DNA of 64,000 nt, from positions 96,001 to 160,000 of the IMG/VR virus record IMGVR_UViG_3300032323_001387; one strand, given 5' to 3'. Of the stretch, positions 63,532 to 64,000 are shown piece by piece. The notes beneath the pieces are model-generated. The model ran no database searches, had not been told where the DNA came from, and saw only the letters and a list, made by a program, of their open reading frames with translations. The position numbers and the translations under genes are program-made. Every line of letters starts with the position of its first letter. Positions within the stretch are counted from its first letter, which is position 1. This DNA is from a virus.

Positions 63532-63969
63532 ATGAAAATAAACGAAGTAACAGACACTAATACTACACATATCGACGATAATTGGTTCGATCAAGCCACT
63601 ATACGAGTTGCCAAAAAAGCAAATCCTATAAATTACAAAAGAGCCATTGAATCTGGTAGTATCGAAACCTTAGAAGGCCCGGTGAGCTATCAAGCTGGCT
63701 ATTATATTATTACAGGACCAAAAGGAGAGCAGTATCCTGTTCCCCCTGCTAAGTTCAATGAATTATATAATGACAATAAAGATAACACAGCGACACCTAA
63801 GAAAATTATTAAAGTTGCAAAGCTCGCTGACCATAATGGGGTTGTGAATACTAGTTGGGGAGAACCATTAAATTATACAACTGGTAATGATTATATTGTA
63901 CGTCATGGCCCCGGAGATTTTGGAGTGGTAAAGAAAGATATCTTTGCAAAGACATACGAAGAGGTTTAA
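63532..63969 (+). CDS. Tandem two-domain PGDYG-like protein
   Basis: TLEG...G.YII.G.KGE.YP...F..LY repeated as TSWG...NDYIV..GPGDFG.....F.KTYE; promoter TTGACT-18-TATAAT at 63497-63526. Confidence 0.7.
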   Translation: MKINEVTDTNTTHIDDNWFDQATIRVAKKANPINYKRAIESGSIETLEGPVSYQAGYYIITGPKGEQYPVPPAKFNELYNDNKDNTATPKKIIKVAKLADHNGVVNTSWGEPLNYTTGNDYIVRHGPGDFGVVKKDIFAKTYEEV

Positions 63970-63970
63970 T

Positions 63971-64000
63971 ATGCAAGTAAGAGTAAAAGAAAATCCAGAA
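63971..64000 (+). CDS. Start of a further ORF, truncated by the window end
   Basis: GAGG SD then ATG (MQVRVKENPE...). Confidence 0.5.
   Translation, partial: MQVRVKENPE

Noticed and set aside
1-64000. Stop-codon reassignment
   Set aside because: Core genes are full length under the standard code and coding density is high.
1-64000. tRNA or rRNA genes
   Set aside because: Intergenic gaps are short and no cloverleaf or T-loop pattern was recognised by eye; tRNAscan-SE would confirm.

Overview
A 64 kb segment of a large T4-related (jumbo-type) myophage genome. It uses the standard genetic code, is densely coding and lies mostly on the + strand. The head module runs portal C-terminus, core protein, gp21 protease, gp22 scaffold, gp23 major capsid. 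It is followed by a fibre module (two Ser/Thr-rich repeat fibres, one ending in an S74 chaperone) and a glycosyltransferase. Other recognisable genes are rearranged neck genes (gp13 +; gp14/gp15 -), tail sheath and tube, gp4, terminase, gp32 SSB, uvsX/uvsY/uvsW, a minimal DnaE-like polymerase core, primase, helicase, a cluster of small probable head proteins, an exonuclease and nrdAB. Two accessory hotspots (about 20.9-23.8 kb and 38.7-44.9 kb) are built from cassettes that each start with a conserved sigma70-type promoter repeat (TTGACACAAATTGG-N9-TATAAT). They carry a lipoprotein alginate-lyase-like enzyme, an autotransporter-like subtilase, an AAA ATPase, a self-contained ParB-like + GIY-YIG/T5orf172 pair and an HNH homing endonuclease. 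Notable regulatory features are many apparently leaderless genes, late promoters embedded in SD-sequestering hairpins, a symmetric bidirectional late promoter and structured RNA around gene 32. No tRNA, rRNA, CRISPR array, intron or intein was seen. All family assignments come from motifs recognised by eye; no searches were run.
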